A stretch of DNA of 64,000 bases from Batkoa obscura (Eukaryota): contig JASVEC010000019.1 in NCBI GenBank assembly GCA_030770535.1, forward strand, positions 62,001-126,000, written 5' to 3'. Position numbers and translations under genes: made by a program. Below are positions 29,394-41,524 of the stretch, in pieces. Within the stretch, counting starts at the first letter, position 1. The number at the start of each line of letters is the position of its first letter. A model generated the notes under the pieces. The model searched no databases. It saw only the letters and a program-made list of their open reading frames with translations, and had not been told where the DNA came from.

Positions 29394-30166
29394 TTTTTTG
29401 ATAGTTAATCCCAGTTTTATTTGGCTCTTTATAGGTAGTCTAATCGTCTTAATTTATCTTTATTTACAATACAAAGATATAAATTTGATAAATAAATATT
29501 AATTAATATCCTTTATTAAATAAAATCTTAATTTGAACAATTTCATTGAACTTTTTTGTTGGTAAATTAAAATTATCTGATTAATAATAAATACTAACTT
29601 CTATCATAGCACCTAATAATCAATCTGATTAATCATACATAATTTATTGTAATATTAGTCGAGTGACAGTTGGAGTCAAGTATTGCACAAGATTAAACCC
29701 TAGGGTGAACACGAAAGCACTAGACTTAAATCGGTGGATATAAGAAAGATCCACTAGGAGTTGGATATTATGTTTTAAAATATTATTTCTAAGAGATGAA
29801 GTTTTGTAGTTTTATTGAGGTAAATAAAGTATATTTTACAGTAGCGCCATAACAAATAATTGTACACAAAAATATCTTTTTTGTCTCAATGTTTTGTTAT
29901 TAATTTTTCTTTATTTTACATTGCATAAGAAATGAAATAAGTAACGAACTAATATATTTATGTTGTATAATTCATGTGCAATAGTGTACTCCCTTAAAAA
30001 GGAAAATCAACTATGAGACCTTTTAATCAGATAAGTACTAAAGTTGGGACAATTTCATTAATTGTTGTCCGTTCTCTTAAAAAATAGTTTTATCTCATAC
30101 CCAGATTAAAAACTAACTTATTTTTATTAATAAAAGTTAATGTAAGGGTTAACATTTAAATCTAAA

Positions 30167-30270
30167 ATATGAGGATGAATTTTTCTGTTTAGGAATTTTA
30201 CTACAATCTTTCTACTCAAATAGCGCTTAAAAAATGGAAAAATAATGAAGCTAAAAAAACAGTCCCATAT
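30167..30270 (-). mobile_element. MITE-like element, copy 6 (near-identical to copy 4)
   Basis: Shares the diagnostic GAGGATGAATTTTTCTGTTTAGGAA with 28252-28356. Confidence 0.88.
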
Positions 30271-30345
30271 GTTTAATGCTTATAATTATAAAATAATAAT
30301 AATAGTTTTGATATTTAAATATTTATTTGTAATCTTTTTAATAGA

Positions 30346-30684
30346 TTAAATAATAGCAGCATTATTATGGCTATTAACATTGGAATGGTTACTATTTACA
30401 TCTTTCTTGTGAACATTGTCAACAAATACAGCAGCTTCTTTATTACGGTCAAATTCATTAGCATTGAAATTGTTAGCATTAGCATTAAAAGCATTATTAC
30501 TAATTACAGTTGGAAAGCCAAAAGAACCAAACCCACTATTAAACCCACCATAACCACCAAGTCCATAACCTGGATAAAAAGAGTTAAAACCACGTCTGGC
30601 TAAATAACTATTGCTTGATGCTGGAAGTGAAGAAATGGTAGCAGTGAAAGCTAAAATAATGGTTTTTAATAAAAATTGATTCAT
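30346..30684 (-). CDS. Secreted precursor (112 aa): signal peptide + LARR + 81-aa G/F/N-rich peptide
   Basis: C-terminal peptide identical to that of 28836-29393. Confidence 0.8.
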   Translation of the reverse strand: MNQFLLKTIILAFTATISSLPASSNSYLARRGFNSFYPGYGLGGYGGFNSGFGSFGFPTVISNNAFNANANNFNANEFDRNKEAAVFVDNVHKKDVNSNHSNVNSHNNAAII

Positions 30685-30894
30685 TTTTTGATATTACTTT
30701 AAAAAATTATTTCAATGCTTATATACTCGTCTACCTTTCTCTCATTATTTTATAAATATATTCATTAAAACATTTTACTTTTTTCTTTATTTATCATTAA
30801 CCTGTTATTTATTATTAGTATTTAAAAGTTGTTTATCCTTAATTTATCTAGTTAATTATTATTAGCTAACATGATATGTGATAACTTGCACTAT

Positions 30895-31003
30895 TTATGG
30901 GGGCATTTTTTTCGGCTTCGTTACTTTTTCTATCTTTTAAGTACTATTTGAGCGGAAAATTTGTTAGTAAAGTTTTCAAAACACAGAAATACATTCTCTT
31001 GTA
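30895..31003 (+). mobile_element. MITE-like element, copy 7 (right end degenerate)
   Basis: GGGGGCATTTT..TATTTGAGCGGAAAA..AAATACATTCTC. Confidence 0.75.
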
Positions 31004-31919
31004 TTTAAATTTATAAGATAAATTCAAACAAATGATAAAAATGAATAATTTATCAATACAAAAATGTGATTCATTTTGTCTAAACTAAATAAAGTGTTAT
31101 ATTATAATACATAAAGCGTTCTAACATGATAACTTTTTTTAAAACGACACTAAATAATGCTCCCTTATCAATTTAAACGTAATCTTTGTTTTTATAAGTC
31201 GTAATTTTATAGAGTAAAGGCAAACATGTACTGGGATTATAACAGTTATATGATTACCTCTCACTTAAAAGATTTCATATTAAAAAATATATATTTCATT
31301 TAAATTAAACGATAATAATTGTTAGCTTTCAATTTCAATCAATTTTTAATCAATAAGAATCAATAGGAATAGAAAAACCACCAATCAATGTAACCAAATA
31401 ATTTCTAAATCAAGATAAAAACGAAATTTTAGTCACCTAAATAATTTAAGTCAACTAAAAAAATACTATAAAAAATGCTATAAAAATGCTTTAAAGTGCA
31501 ATTTGCTTGAGCTTACATTTCTATAATTTATTAGTTTCTTTAAAAATAATTAATAATCAATTTAAACTCTATCAATATATTATTATTTATTTTAATATAG
31601 CCATGTAATGAATTGTTCAGCCAAACTTCTTTCTTATGGATTTGAACCTAATTACTCTGATAATGAGCTTTTTGAAGGTGAGTATAGTGACTGTGTTACA
31701 ACCACAACTGTGACAATAGTGATTATGAGTTTGGAGAAATTATTGATGTTTGTATTCAGGAAGATCATGGAGAGTACAATGTTATAATGTTGTGGAATTT
31801 AATAATGATAACTATATGTTAGCGTATAGTTATAGTTATACATTATTAAAAAGACTCACTAATGATTTTAATAAATCCACTCCAAAGCGTAAGTAACCTC
31901 CAAGCTTAGTAAATTTACT

Positions 31920-32024
31920 ATATGGGGATGTTTTTTTTTGTTTAACACTTTTACTGATGACTTTCCCACTCAAATAGCGCTTAAAAAATAAAAAAAGTGA
32001 TAAATCAAAAGAATGTCATCATAT
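31920..32024 (-). mobile_element. MITE-like element, copy 8 (joined to copy 9)
   Basis: ATAT-GGGGATG..CTCAAATAGCGCTTAA..ATAT. Confidence 0.8.
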
Positions 32025-32125
32025 GGGGTTGTTTTTTTTAGCTTCATTATTTTTTCATTTTTTAAGCGCTATTTAACTGGAAAGATTGTATTAAAATTCT
32101 TAAGCAAAAAAACATATCTCCATAT
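32021..32125 (+). mobile_element. MITE-like element, copy 9
   Basis: Shares ATAT 32021-32024 with copy 8; ends ATCTCC-ATAT. Confidence 0.85.
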
Positions 32126-34159
32126 GGATTTGAATATAAATAATAATGCTTGAAATAATCATAATGTTTTTTAGGTTGGGTACATCTTACTGAGAACCTG
32201 CGGTCTCCTTTGGGTAATATAAGTTAAGCAACTTCTTTATTTTATTTATGAGTCTTATTTTTGTTTAGTTTAATAGTTTATAAAATACTACTTAATTGTT
32301 GCTATTAAGTAAATACTTTTCTACTACCCTTTTTATAAAACCTTAAACCCCAAAGAGTACGTATCTTTACTAAATTAAGTCAATTATTTTGAGTAGGACT
32401 GATAAACATGTTGAAGAGAAAATTAATACCTTTAGAGTTATTGGCAAGGTATTTGATCCTATATAAGTAATTACTTCTCCAAGGAATCTTACATTTTATA
32501 TGAAGGTGAGAGGCGAATCTTTCTACTTTTAGTTTATCCTTCAAGAAAGTTCAAGAAAGTTTGTAAATATACCATAATATAGATTCAAGAAAGTAGGTTT
32601 CAAAGGGAAGTTCCAAAGATAAGAAGATTTAGAGACAAAATTTTTAGAAAGTGGTAAGATCAATATAATCAAATAATTCAATAAAAGCGAGACGCCAAAA
32701 GATTAATATGAATCTGCATTCTAAGAACTTCTATAATAGACTTCTACCTATTGAGAGATATCAATGATATTCTGATGAGACTTCAGGAATGAATTCTGCT
32801 AATTAAGTTTAAGTGAGAAAGGTCTTGTGAAGGATTCACTATAGAAATGCTTCTTGTTTTGTGCCCGGGTTGAGAATAATTATCACGAAATAAAGTTGAA
32901 CTTGTAGTGACTATTATTATTTAATAAAAAAACTATAAATAGTATCATTTGTATTTTTATTAACAAAATCTGATATTGTCATTCAAGTTAATTAAACTAA
33001 AAATTTATACTAAAAGTTAATAAATACAAGATCTATTAAAAATAGTTATAAAATTAATTAAAATCAGTTGAATTGTAAAATTCAACAATAAAGTAAGATT
33101 TCTAAACAAGTTAATATTTAAAAGTATTTAATAAAATTAATAAAAATTATATTAATATATATTATTGAAATTTAATGAAAAAGCTAATCCTTATAAGATT
33201 CCAAAAGTAAATTTGGAATCCTATATAATTCAATTTGGGCAAAAAATAATTGAAACTTTTAAAAAAACCTTTAGAAAATAAATTAATTTAATAATATTTA
33301 TTTTTGTTTCAACAGCTGATTAATAATATTTTTAATGCTTATATAGTATAATTAATGGACAAAAATTAAGATCAATAATATTTTATTACTAATTTTATTG
33401 AATATTAAATGAATTCAAAGGATATAATAATTGAATTGACCACTTTAAAATTAACAATTTATTTAATATTAAATTTGTCCTTATTTTTTTTAAAATTTAC
33501 ACAAAAATCATTATTATACTTTATTTATTAAACGAGTTAATATTTTATAAACATTTTATATAATACTAAATAACAACCTAAAATAATGATATCACTTATA
33601 TTGAATACCCAGAAAACATATTGAATACCCAGAAAACAACTAACAATCTCTAAGTGCTTTTTCAACGAACAGTATTTAAGAGGAATGAGTAAAAAGGAAT
33701 GGTAGCTTACAGATTAGGAGCTTTTTAGAATAATGAGTTACATTTTAGTTAACATTTAAAACTACTAAAAACTTCATAATTCAATTATCATTTCTTCTAT
33801 ACCTTTTCTATTATTAATTTTTTCAAACTATAACACTATCTCTATAATCAAATTTATTCAATAATCGACTATTAATAATTACTGCTTTTGTTTGATTTTA
33901 AATACAGTTTATTCTCTAAATATATCAACTAGCTTTCAATTAAATTTAGTATATATCCATGTACCGAAATTACAACTTACTATTAATAAAATACTTTTAA
34001 AAATAATTATTTAGCCAAAATATATCATTATATTAAAATTATTATTTATTTCTAGTTTGTTTTATATGAAAAAAATGGATTTAGAATAAATTAATAGTTT
34101 AATCATATAACAGTATCACGTTATTTTTGTAATTACTTTGATAGCTCAATAGTTCAACA

Positions 34160-34206
34160 GTTTAATAGTTTAATAGTTTAATAGTTTAATAGTTTAATAG
34201 TTTAAT
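34160..34206. repeat. (AATAGTTT)n octamer tandem repeat, about 6 units
   Basis: Directly visible. Confidence 0.85.
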
Positions 34207-34917
34207 TGTCTAATTTTATTATTTTTCCATTATTCAAATTCAATCTAAATAAGTATTATTGTTAATAGGTTAAATTCAAGGCTAAAAGGTAGTTTTAAAT
34301 TATATTAATTAAACGTTATTTATTAATAAATCTGTACTTAAAAGCAATTACTTGCTATCTTCAAGTAAGTTAAAAAATAACATTGAATAATACAATTAAT
34401 AACAACATAAATAAAACTCTTACACCCGATTTTCTTCCTTATACTAATAATTCGAAACCCTTAATATTCAACAAATAAACTTTTAATTTGTGGTTAAAAA
34501 TTTCAATTTTTTAGTGACTTATACTAAATTTAGTAAATTCTTGTGATTCTTCTGATTAGCAAACCTTAATATGGATAGTATGGTACTAGACCTAAATTTA
34601 TTCTAATGAAAATATAAAGGAGCTTGGATTGAAATAAAAAGTTTAACCTTTCTTTGAAGATTTCATTTTTTATTAAAATTTAGGCTTAATAATTAGATCT
34701 TTTATTACTATTTAATTGTTATACAATTCAAGAAAATAATGCTATTTGGCTAATTAATATCACTTAATAATTATACAATTCAATAATCATTCCAACTATA
34801 ACAAAAGAGTATATAAACAGTCATAAATTTAACAATTGACAATAAAACAATAAACTTAGATAACTACTATCCCCAAACGCACTTAACATTTATTTAAAAC
34901 AGCAACTCAAATTCAAT

Positions 34918-37416
34918 ATGTCACTTTATGATGAATATAAGAAAGCCAAAATTTTAATCATAGACAATTATGATTCTTATACATATAATATTATTCAATA
35001 TTTACCAAAAGAACAAGTCATGGTAATTCGTAATGATCATTGTTCATATGAAGAATTTGAACGTGAAATTTTACCTTATTTTGATGGTGTTATTTTATCC
35101 CCAGGTCCAGGTCGTCCAGATAAAAAAGAAGATTTTGGTTTATGTTTAGATCTTTTAGAAAGAAAATTAGATATCCCAATTTTTGGTATCTGTTTAGGTC
35201 ACCAAGGTTTAGCTAATACTTTTGGAGGAAAAGTAAGTTGAAACTATTTTAGTATTCCTATTTATTTAACTCTTTATTTTATCAATAGGTTGTTATTGCA
35301 CCAAAAGAAATGCACGGTTTAATTTCTGAAGTAACTAAAATTCATCCAAATGAAGAAGAGCAAAAAGAAATCACTAATGCTTATGATCTTCTTTATGGTA
35401 TTCCAGAAAAATTTGATGTTACTCGTTATCATTCACTTATTGTTGAAAAGAGTACTATTCCAGATACACTTTATCCAATCTGTTATGTAGAAGAAGATGG
35501 TATTAATATGGGAGTAGCTCATAAAACTTTACCTTATTATGGTGTCCAATTTCATCCAGAATCTATTTGTAGTCAATTTGGCGATAAAATGATTCAAAAT
35601 TTTGCTGGAATTTCCTATCATTATAGTAATAATCCACATAAGGATATACCTTTACCTCAAAGTGTATGGAAATATTCAACTCTTAATTGTGCTACTCCAT
35701 TAGTTGAAAGAAAGAACTTTAATGATGTTCAAGTTAAAGTAACTAAATTGACTAGTTCTACTGTTAACACTGAAATTATTTATGATCATTTATTCCGTAA
35801 TGATATCTATTCTTACTGGTTAGATTCTGCTTCTCGTAGTTTAAATTTAGGTAATACTTCTTATCTTGGTCCCGGTACTACCAATGGTTCAGCTACAATT
35901 CGTTATGATTTACCAACCAAAACTTTAAGTTTTGCTAGAGTAAATGGACAAGAATCTGAAACTATTTTCTCTAAACAACTCACAGATAAAGATTTGCCAC
36001 TTATTGAATGGGTTGATGCCTTTACTCAATCTTTTAATTTATTACCAAATAGCAGTGAAATTCCATTTGATTTCTGTGGTGGTTTATTAGGTTATTTTGA
36101 TTATGAAATGAAAGATGAAACTTTACCAAACTTTAAGACTAAATTTGAGACAACTGTACCTTACGCTAACTCTCAATTCTTATTTGTTGATCGTGGTTTA
36201 GTAGTTGATCATTTAACTAATGATATCTATGCCTTTGGTGTTATTTCCAACTCTAAATCTATTCATGATTTCCCAAAGAATTTACAAGATGTTAATGAAG
36301 CTACTAATGTCTTAATTCAACATCTTGGTACTACTGAAAATGAATTTGATTCCTGGGTACAAGGAGTATCTAACAAACTCGCCAGTTTACCATTGAAACC
36401 CACTAAAGCTGAAAAGGTACGTGATGTATCTGAAGATGTTGGTTTAAGGTTAGATTTAGATCAAGAACAATATATTAAAGAAGTTCAAACTTCCCAAGCT
36501 TTAATTAAACAAGGTGAAACTTACGAAGTTTGCTTGACTACTACTATGCGTGGTGAATTCCCATCTTTAGCTACCCCAGATTCTAGAGTTGAACTTTATA
36601 AAGTATTACGTAATAAGAATCCTGCCCCATTCGCTTGCTTATTAAGGTATTCTGATGTAACTATCTGTTCTTCATCCCCCGAACGTTTTATGAGAATGGA
36701 AGCTGATGGAGCTACTTCAATGAAGCCAATTAAAGGTACTGTTAAACGCCCAACTGTAGAAGAGTTTTCAGTCCTTTATCCAAATGCTAGTGAAGCTGAA
36801 TTACAAAAATTAATGGCTGATGAAGATCAACGTCGTGCTTATGAACTTCAAGCAGATATTAAACAACGTGCTGAAAATTTAATGATTGTCGATCTAATTC
36901 GTAATGATTTAACTACTATTTCTGAACCTGCTTCAGTTCAAGTTCCTGGTTTAATGAAAGTTGAAACTTTTAAATATGTACATCAATTAGTCACTACTAT
37001 TACCTCTGAATTAAGACCAGAAATTGGTCATGCTCAAGCTTTCGCTCGTTGCTTCCCACCTGGTAAATTTAAATCCTTATTTTTATAATATTTTTATCTA
37101 ACTTCTTTTTCTAGGTTCAATGACTGGTGCTCCTAAACGTCGTACTGTTCAATTAATGGAAGATATTGAAGGTTTAAGACCAAGAGGTATTTATTCAGGT
37201 GCTATTGGTTACTTTTCATTAAATAAAGTATCTGATTTCTCTGTTGTCATTCGTACTGTTGTTGTTACCAATGATGGTAAGAATGAACTTTCTGTCGGTG
37301 CTGGTGGCGCTATTGTTGCTCTCTCTGATCCTCTCGATGAATTTAATGAAATGATCATTAAAGCTTATTCCACCGTTCCTTCTGTTCACCAATTCTTGGA
37401 ATCTCAAGCTTTATAA
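34918..37416 (+). CDS. ABZ1: Aminodeoxychorismate synthase (fused PabA-PabB), 3 exons
   Basis: IDNYDSYT, SPGPG, GICLGHQ, RYHSL, QFHPES; SPERF, KPIKGT, AENLMIVDLIRNDL, FPPG/SMTGAPK, GAGGAIVALS. Confidence 0.92.
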
Positions 37417-37612
37417 TAAGTTGGAACAAGTCACTCCATGTTTATCTATTTAAAGTTCGATTAGTGTTTATTTGTAGTCGAATTTTGTTCAAATAAAAAC
37501 ACAGTTTATATTATATTATTATTTTTTCTTTATTCAATAAATAAGATAGGTAATAGAAACTATTATATAACTTATAAAACTCCATGTTGTATCTACTTCC
37601 TTATCAATTTAT

Positions 37613-38701
37613 TTAATGAATGAGAGGCAAATAGGTAGGAGTATGATCTCTATAATTGATATATTCTTGACCAAAAAATCGAATCAAATGGGCTTCTTCA
37701 ACTCTTATTCTAGTTTTAAAAAACTGATGTAAAACAAAGCAGAATGCAGAAAAGCATAATGGATTAAATAACATAATTTGAGTACCTAAAGTAAATAGAT
37801 AAAAGCCTAGATAAGAAGGATGACGGGCGATACTATAATAAAATTAGTTAACAAATGACTAAAATAGTATGAAATTATTTAATATTAAATTTCATTCTAT
37901 TTAAATATTTTAAAATTTCTTACCTAAACACCCCAGTAGTAATAAGATGATGATCTTGGTCTTTCATACTTTGAACGTAATGGTTGAAACTAGTATTAGC
38001 TTCAATCATGGCTCTTGAACGAAACCATTGCCCAACAAGTACAAATAAGAATCCTATTGATTTAAAAAGATTAAATTTCAGTTTCAGTTACAGTTTCATT
38101 TATCAATCACTTACCCAACAATTGAATTGGCATAACATAATTATAAACCCAGGGATAATAAATTTTCTTTAAAAAATATTCAGCTACAGAAACTAAAAGG
38201 GCAATGTGATATCCGGATACTGGATCGTATAAAAATGCTATAATTTAAAGAATACAATTAACATCACTTCTTTAAAATCAAACAAATTTCAAAATATATA
38301 CACTTACAATCTAACTTCACTCTCCTTGGATTAAATATTGCAGTAATCAAATACTCCAAAAGATGAAACCCACCAAGTGCCATGACGTACATACCAAAAG
38401 CACGATAACCAGAAACAAATAAAGCGAAGCTTAAACCAAAACCTATTAAAATTCCAGCAAATGATGCATAAACTGCAATAGTAGCAGGGATATGATCACC
38501 TTGTTGATAAGCTAATATAAATTCATTTTTAAAATCTTGATAATTGGGTGGTGGGCTATTTTCTAAATCAATTGTCTTTGGTGTTGGGTCTAAAGAAATC
38601 GTTGAATTGATACTGGATGAACGCGAACGTAAACCACTCTCTTTTCCTACTCCTAGCCAGTTCTTGATATTGTCTTTACGTGGACTGCTAGATAAACTCA
38701 T
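37613..38701 (-). CDS. STE14: Isoprenylcysteine carboxyl methyltransferase, 4 exons
   Basis: FHLLEYLITA, AMIEANTSFNH, HHLITTGVF/RHPSYLGF, RIRVEEAHLIRFFGQEY. Confidence 0.92.
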
Positions 38702-40054
38702 TTTTATGAATTTTTTTCTAAAAGAATGGAATTTAAAAGCGGGTTTTTAAAATGGGCAGTTTTCAGAGGCTGGGTTTTTGGTTTTTTGAAGGTTTGGTAA
38801 AATGAAATTGTAATAAGTTTCAGTTCTATTAAAAGGTTTAAAATTTCGTCTTTAAAAGGATAAGGATGCAAATAGTATAACGTTTATTGGGATTAATTTA
38901 AAAGTTAGTAGGTTTTCATTCTATGACAGTGAAAACACATATGACTTGTCACTTAGTTAATCAAACAGATGAGGAATACGGCTAGGGTTTAGATGGCTTG
39001 AAAACTTGGTTTGAAGATGTATTACCTTTTTGACGATGGAGCTATTATATTGCATTAGCTTAGTTTTATGCTAATTGCTATTTTTTAGAAGCTCAACTTA
39101 ATTTTTTGTAAATTTGATTTATCAGTTGCAAACTAAAAACATTACTACAGCCACTATGCTATCTGGTAATGAGTATAAATAAAACTTTTTACTAGCTAAT
39201 AAATAAACAACAATATTTTATATTAATCAGATATAACAATTAACGAATAGTAAAGGAATCAATCGATAATATATGGAAACCTGTAAATAAAGAACGAAAT
39301 CAAATTGAAATGATTCGTGAAATCAAACTGATCATCTTATTACGAAGTGCAGATGATTAAATGAAATAAATTTTCAGGAACTTAGTTTGTTATTGTTTAT
39401 TGAATTTTACATAGACATAATGTTTCTTTCGTGTTTTCGTTTTTTTACTCCATTACCCTTGCTTGTTTTGTCGAGCTAACTGTAAAGTAAAAGCTGTTGT
39501 TTCAACTAAAGTTAAGTTGAGTATTGATCTCGATTAAAACAATTAAGTACGTAATTACTACTAAAAATAGGTTATAACATAAGCTTATCGTTGATCATTT
39601 TTATTCAATCAAAAAACTACTATTATTAAGGCCTTAACATTTTATATTAAATTGAAAAGCAGCGTTGTGTAAAGCTTTCTACTTGATTTTTTTCAAGTTC
39701 TTCATCTACTAGCTATTGATATTGAATTTATCAGAGTTAATGGTTATTGTAAACATATTCTATTTTATTTTACATTTACTATGTTTCTAAAATCAAAAAA
39801 CTAAACTTTTGTATCAATGCACTTCAAGATGTATTTGATGGTAATGAAGATAATAGTATTGTAAAACAAATTAAAGCTAATCATGCTTTATGTTAATTTA
39901 GTTCAACCGATATTCATTGTTCAATTGATTGATCTAAGGGATTGATAATTGACACCTATTATTAATATTCAGTCATTGACAAAGTTCTAAGAGAAAATAC
40001 AACCAATGCCATGCGTTGATATTTTTTGTTTCAACCATTCAATATTGTTCTAAC

Positions 40055-40160
40055 ATATGGGAGTGTTTTTTTTGACTTCGTTATTTTTTCCATTTTTAAG
40101 CGCTATTTAAGCGGAAAAATTATTAGTGAAATTCTTAAACACAAAAATACATCCCCATAT
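40055..40160 (+). mobile_element. MITE-like element, copy 10
   Basis: ATAT-GGGAGTGTTTT..AATACATCCCC-ATAT. Confidence 0.88.
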
Positions 40161-40715
40161 ATAGTTAATTTGAATAATATGTAATCTATTTAAAACTATC
40201 AGAAAATACAATAATAACAACAATAATAAGTAAAACAATGATTTAAAACTTTTCCATAAATCAAAATATAAATCAATCATTTTAATGCAAAAGAGGGGTA
40301 TGCTCATACTATTTATAAGGCCAGAGTCAAATGAAAGTGTAAATCATACTCTCGATTCTGCGGGATATGTATAAGCTATATAGGCGATAGCATATTTACA
40401 TGATCTATATTTAATTTGCTAACCTGTTGGAGATCAGCTACAAGCATACCAGCTTCAAAATTATGATTTTGTATTAACTACCAGAAGCTAATATAAAAAA
40501 ACTAGTAGATTAAAAAATACTTAATAATAGATTAACCTGAACCCTTAATAAATAGCACTACTAAGCACCATTTGTTGAAATTAACCTAAAAAATTATAAT
40601 TAATGTGCTCATCAAATTATTTAGTACTAGATTAACTTGGGTCTTTAGTAGCTGGTACTACTAAACATCGCCTGGGGATATCCAAATTGGTTTCATTTTT
40701 TTGTCCAATTTTCAA

Positions 40716-40821
40716 ATACGGGAGTGTTTTTTTGACTTCATTATTTTTTCCATTTTTTAAGCACTATTTAAACGGAAAATTTGTTAGTGAAATTCTTAAA
40801 AACGAAAATACATCCCCATTT
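40716..40821 (+). mobile_element. MITE-like element, copy 11
   Basis: GGGAGTGTTTT..AATACATCCCC-ATTT. Confidence 0.85.
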
Positions 40822-41278
40822 GGTAAATTTTGTTTTATTTTTACAAATCTTTTAGAAACCACTAAAATAATATTTATAAGCTATTTTATTAATTTTTGTT
40901 ATTTAAGGCTATATACTTAGGAATTAATAAGGTACTAGTTAATTTCATTAACTTTAAATTTTTCAAAAATCTCACTATTAAGATACTTTTTCAAACTGAC
41001 TTAAATGGCTTCCAATTGACTTAAAATTACTTTTACATTTCTGAGTTTGTGTAAATATCTTTTGAGCTTTTATCAGGCTTGTTTAAAGTTAATTATATTA
41101 TGTAAATGTTAATGGCTAGTTAAAATGGACGATTAATAGATCCTTGACTCAACTTTAATTTTTAAAAGCTAAAATACACTAAGCAATGAGACTTAATTTT
41201 AATGAGACTTTAAAAATAGGGGCTATACATAATAATACTACAAATAAGAATAAATGAATTGAGCTAATACCTAAATAT

Positions 41279-41383
41279 AAATGGGAATATATTTTTTATT
41301 TAAGGATTCTACTAACAATTTTTCCACTCAAATAGTGTTTAAAAAATAGAAAAAGTGATGAAGCTAAAAAAACATCCTCAAAT
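41279..41383 (-). mobile_element. MITE-like element, copy 12 (AAAT direct flanks)
   Basis: AAAT-GGGAATAT..AACATCCTC-AAAT. Confidence 0.85.
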
Positions 41384-41524
41384 GTTGAAAATAAAACTTT
41401 AAATACAGTTTAATAATCTTTATTAAAACATAAAATTATCTCAATTATGCACTAATTTAAATACATCTATATCACTTTTTAGCACATAATATCTTTCTAT
41501 AACCCATTTAAAACCAATTTCTTT

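Noticed and set aside
30012..30099. Possible second mini-element (TATGAGA..GGACAA..TTGTCC..TCTCATA)
   Set aside because: Arms are only 6-7 bp and no clear second copy was found in the window
28857..30603. Plus-strand ORFs MAINIGMVT.. (two copies)
   Set aside because: Antisense shadows of the secreted precursors; duplicated only because the sense block is duplicated
33598..33637. 20-bp tandem duplication (ATATTGAATACCCAGAAAAC twice)
   Set aside because: Simple slippage duplication with no associated structure
40107..40920. ORFs 40107-40307 and 40687-40920 (also 51081-51284)
   Set aside because: They are mostly read-through of MITE copies and AT-rich flanks, and their mutual similarity comes from the repeat
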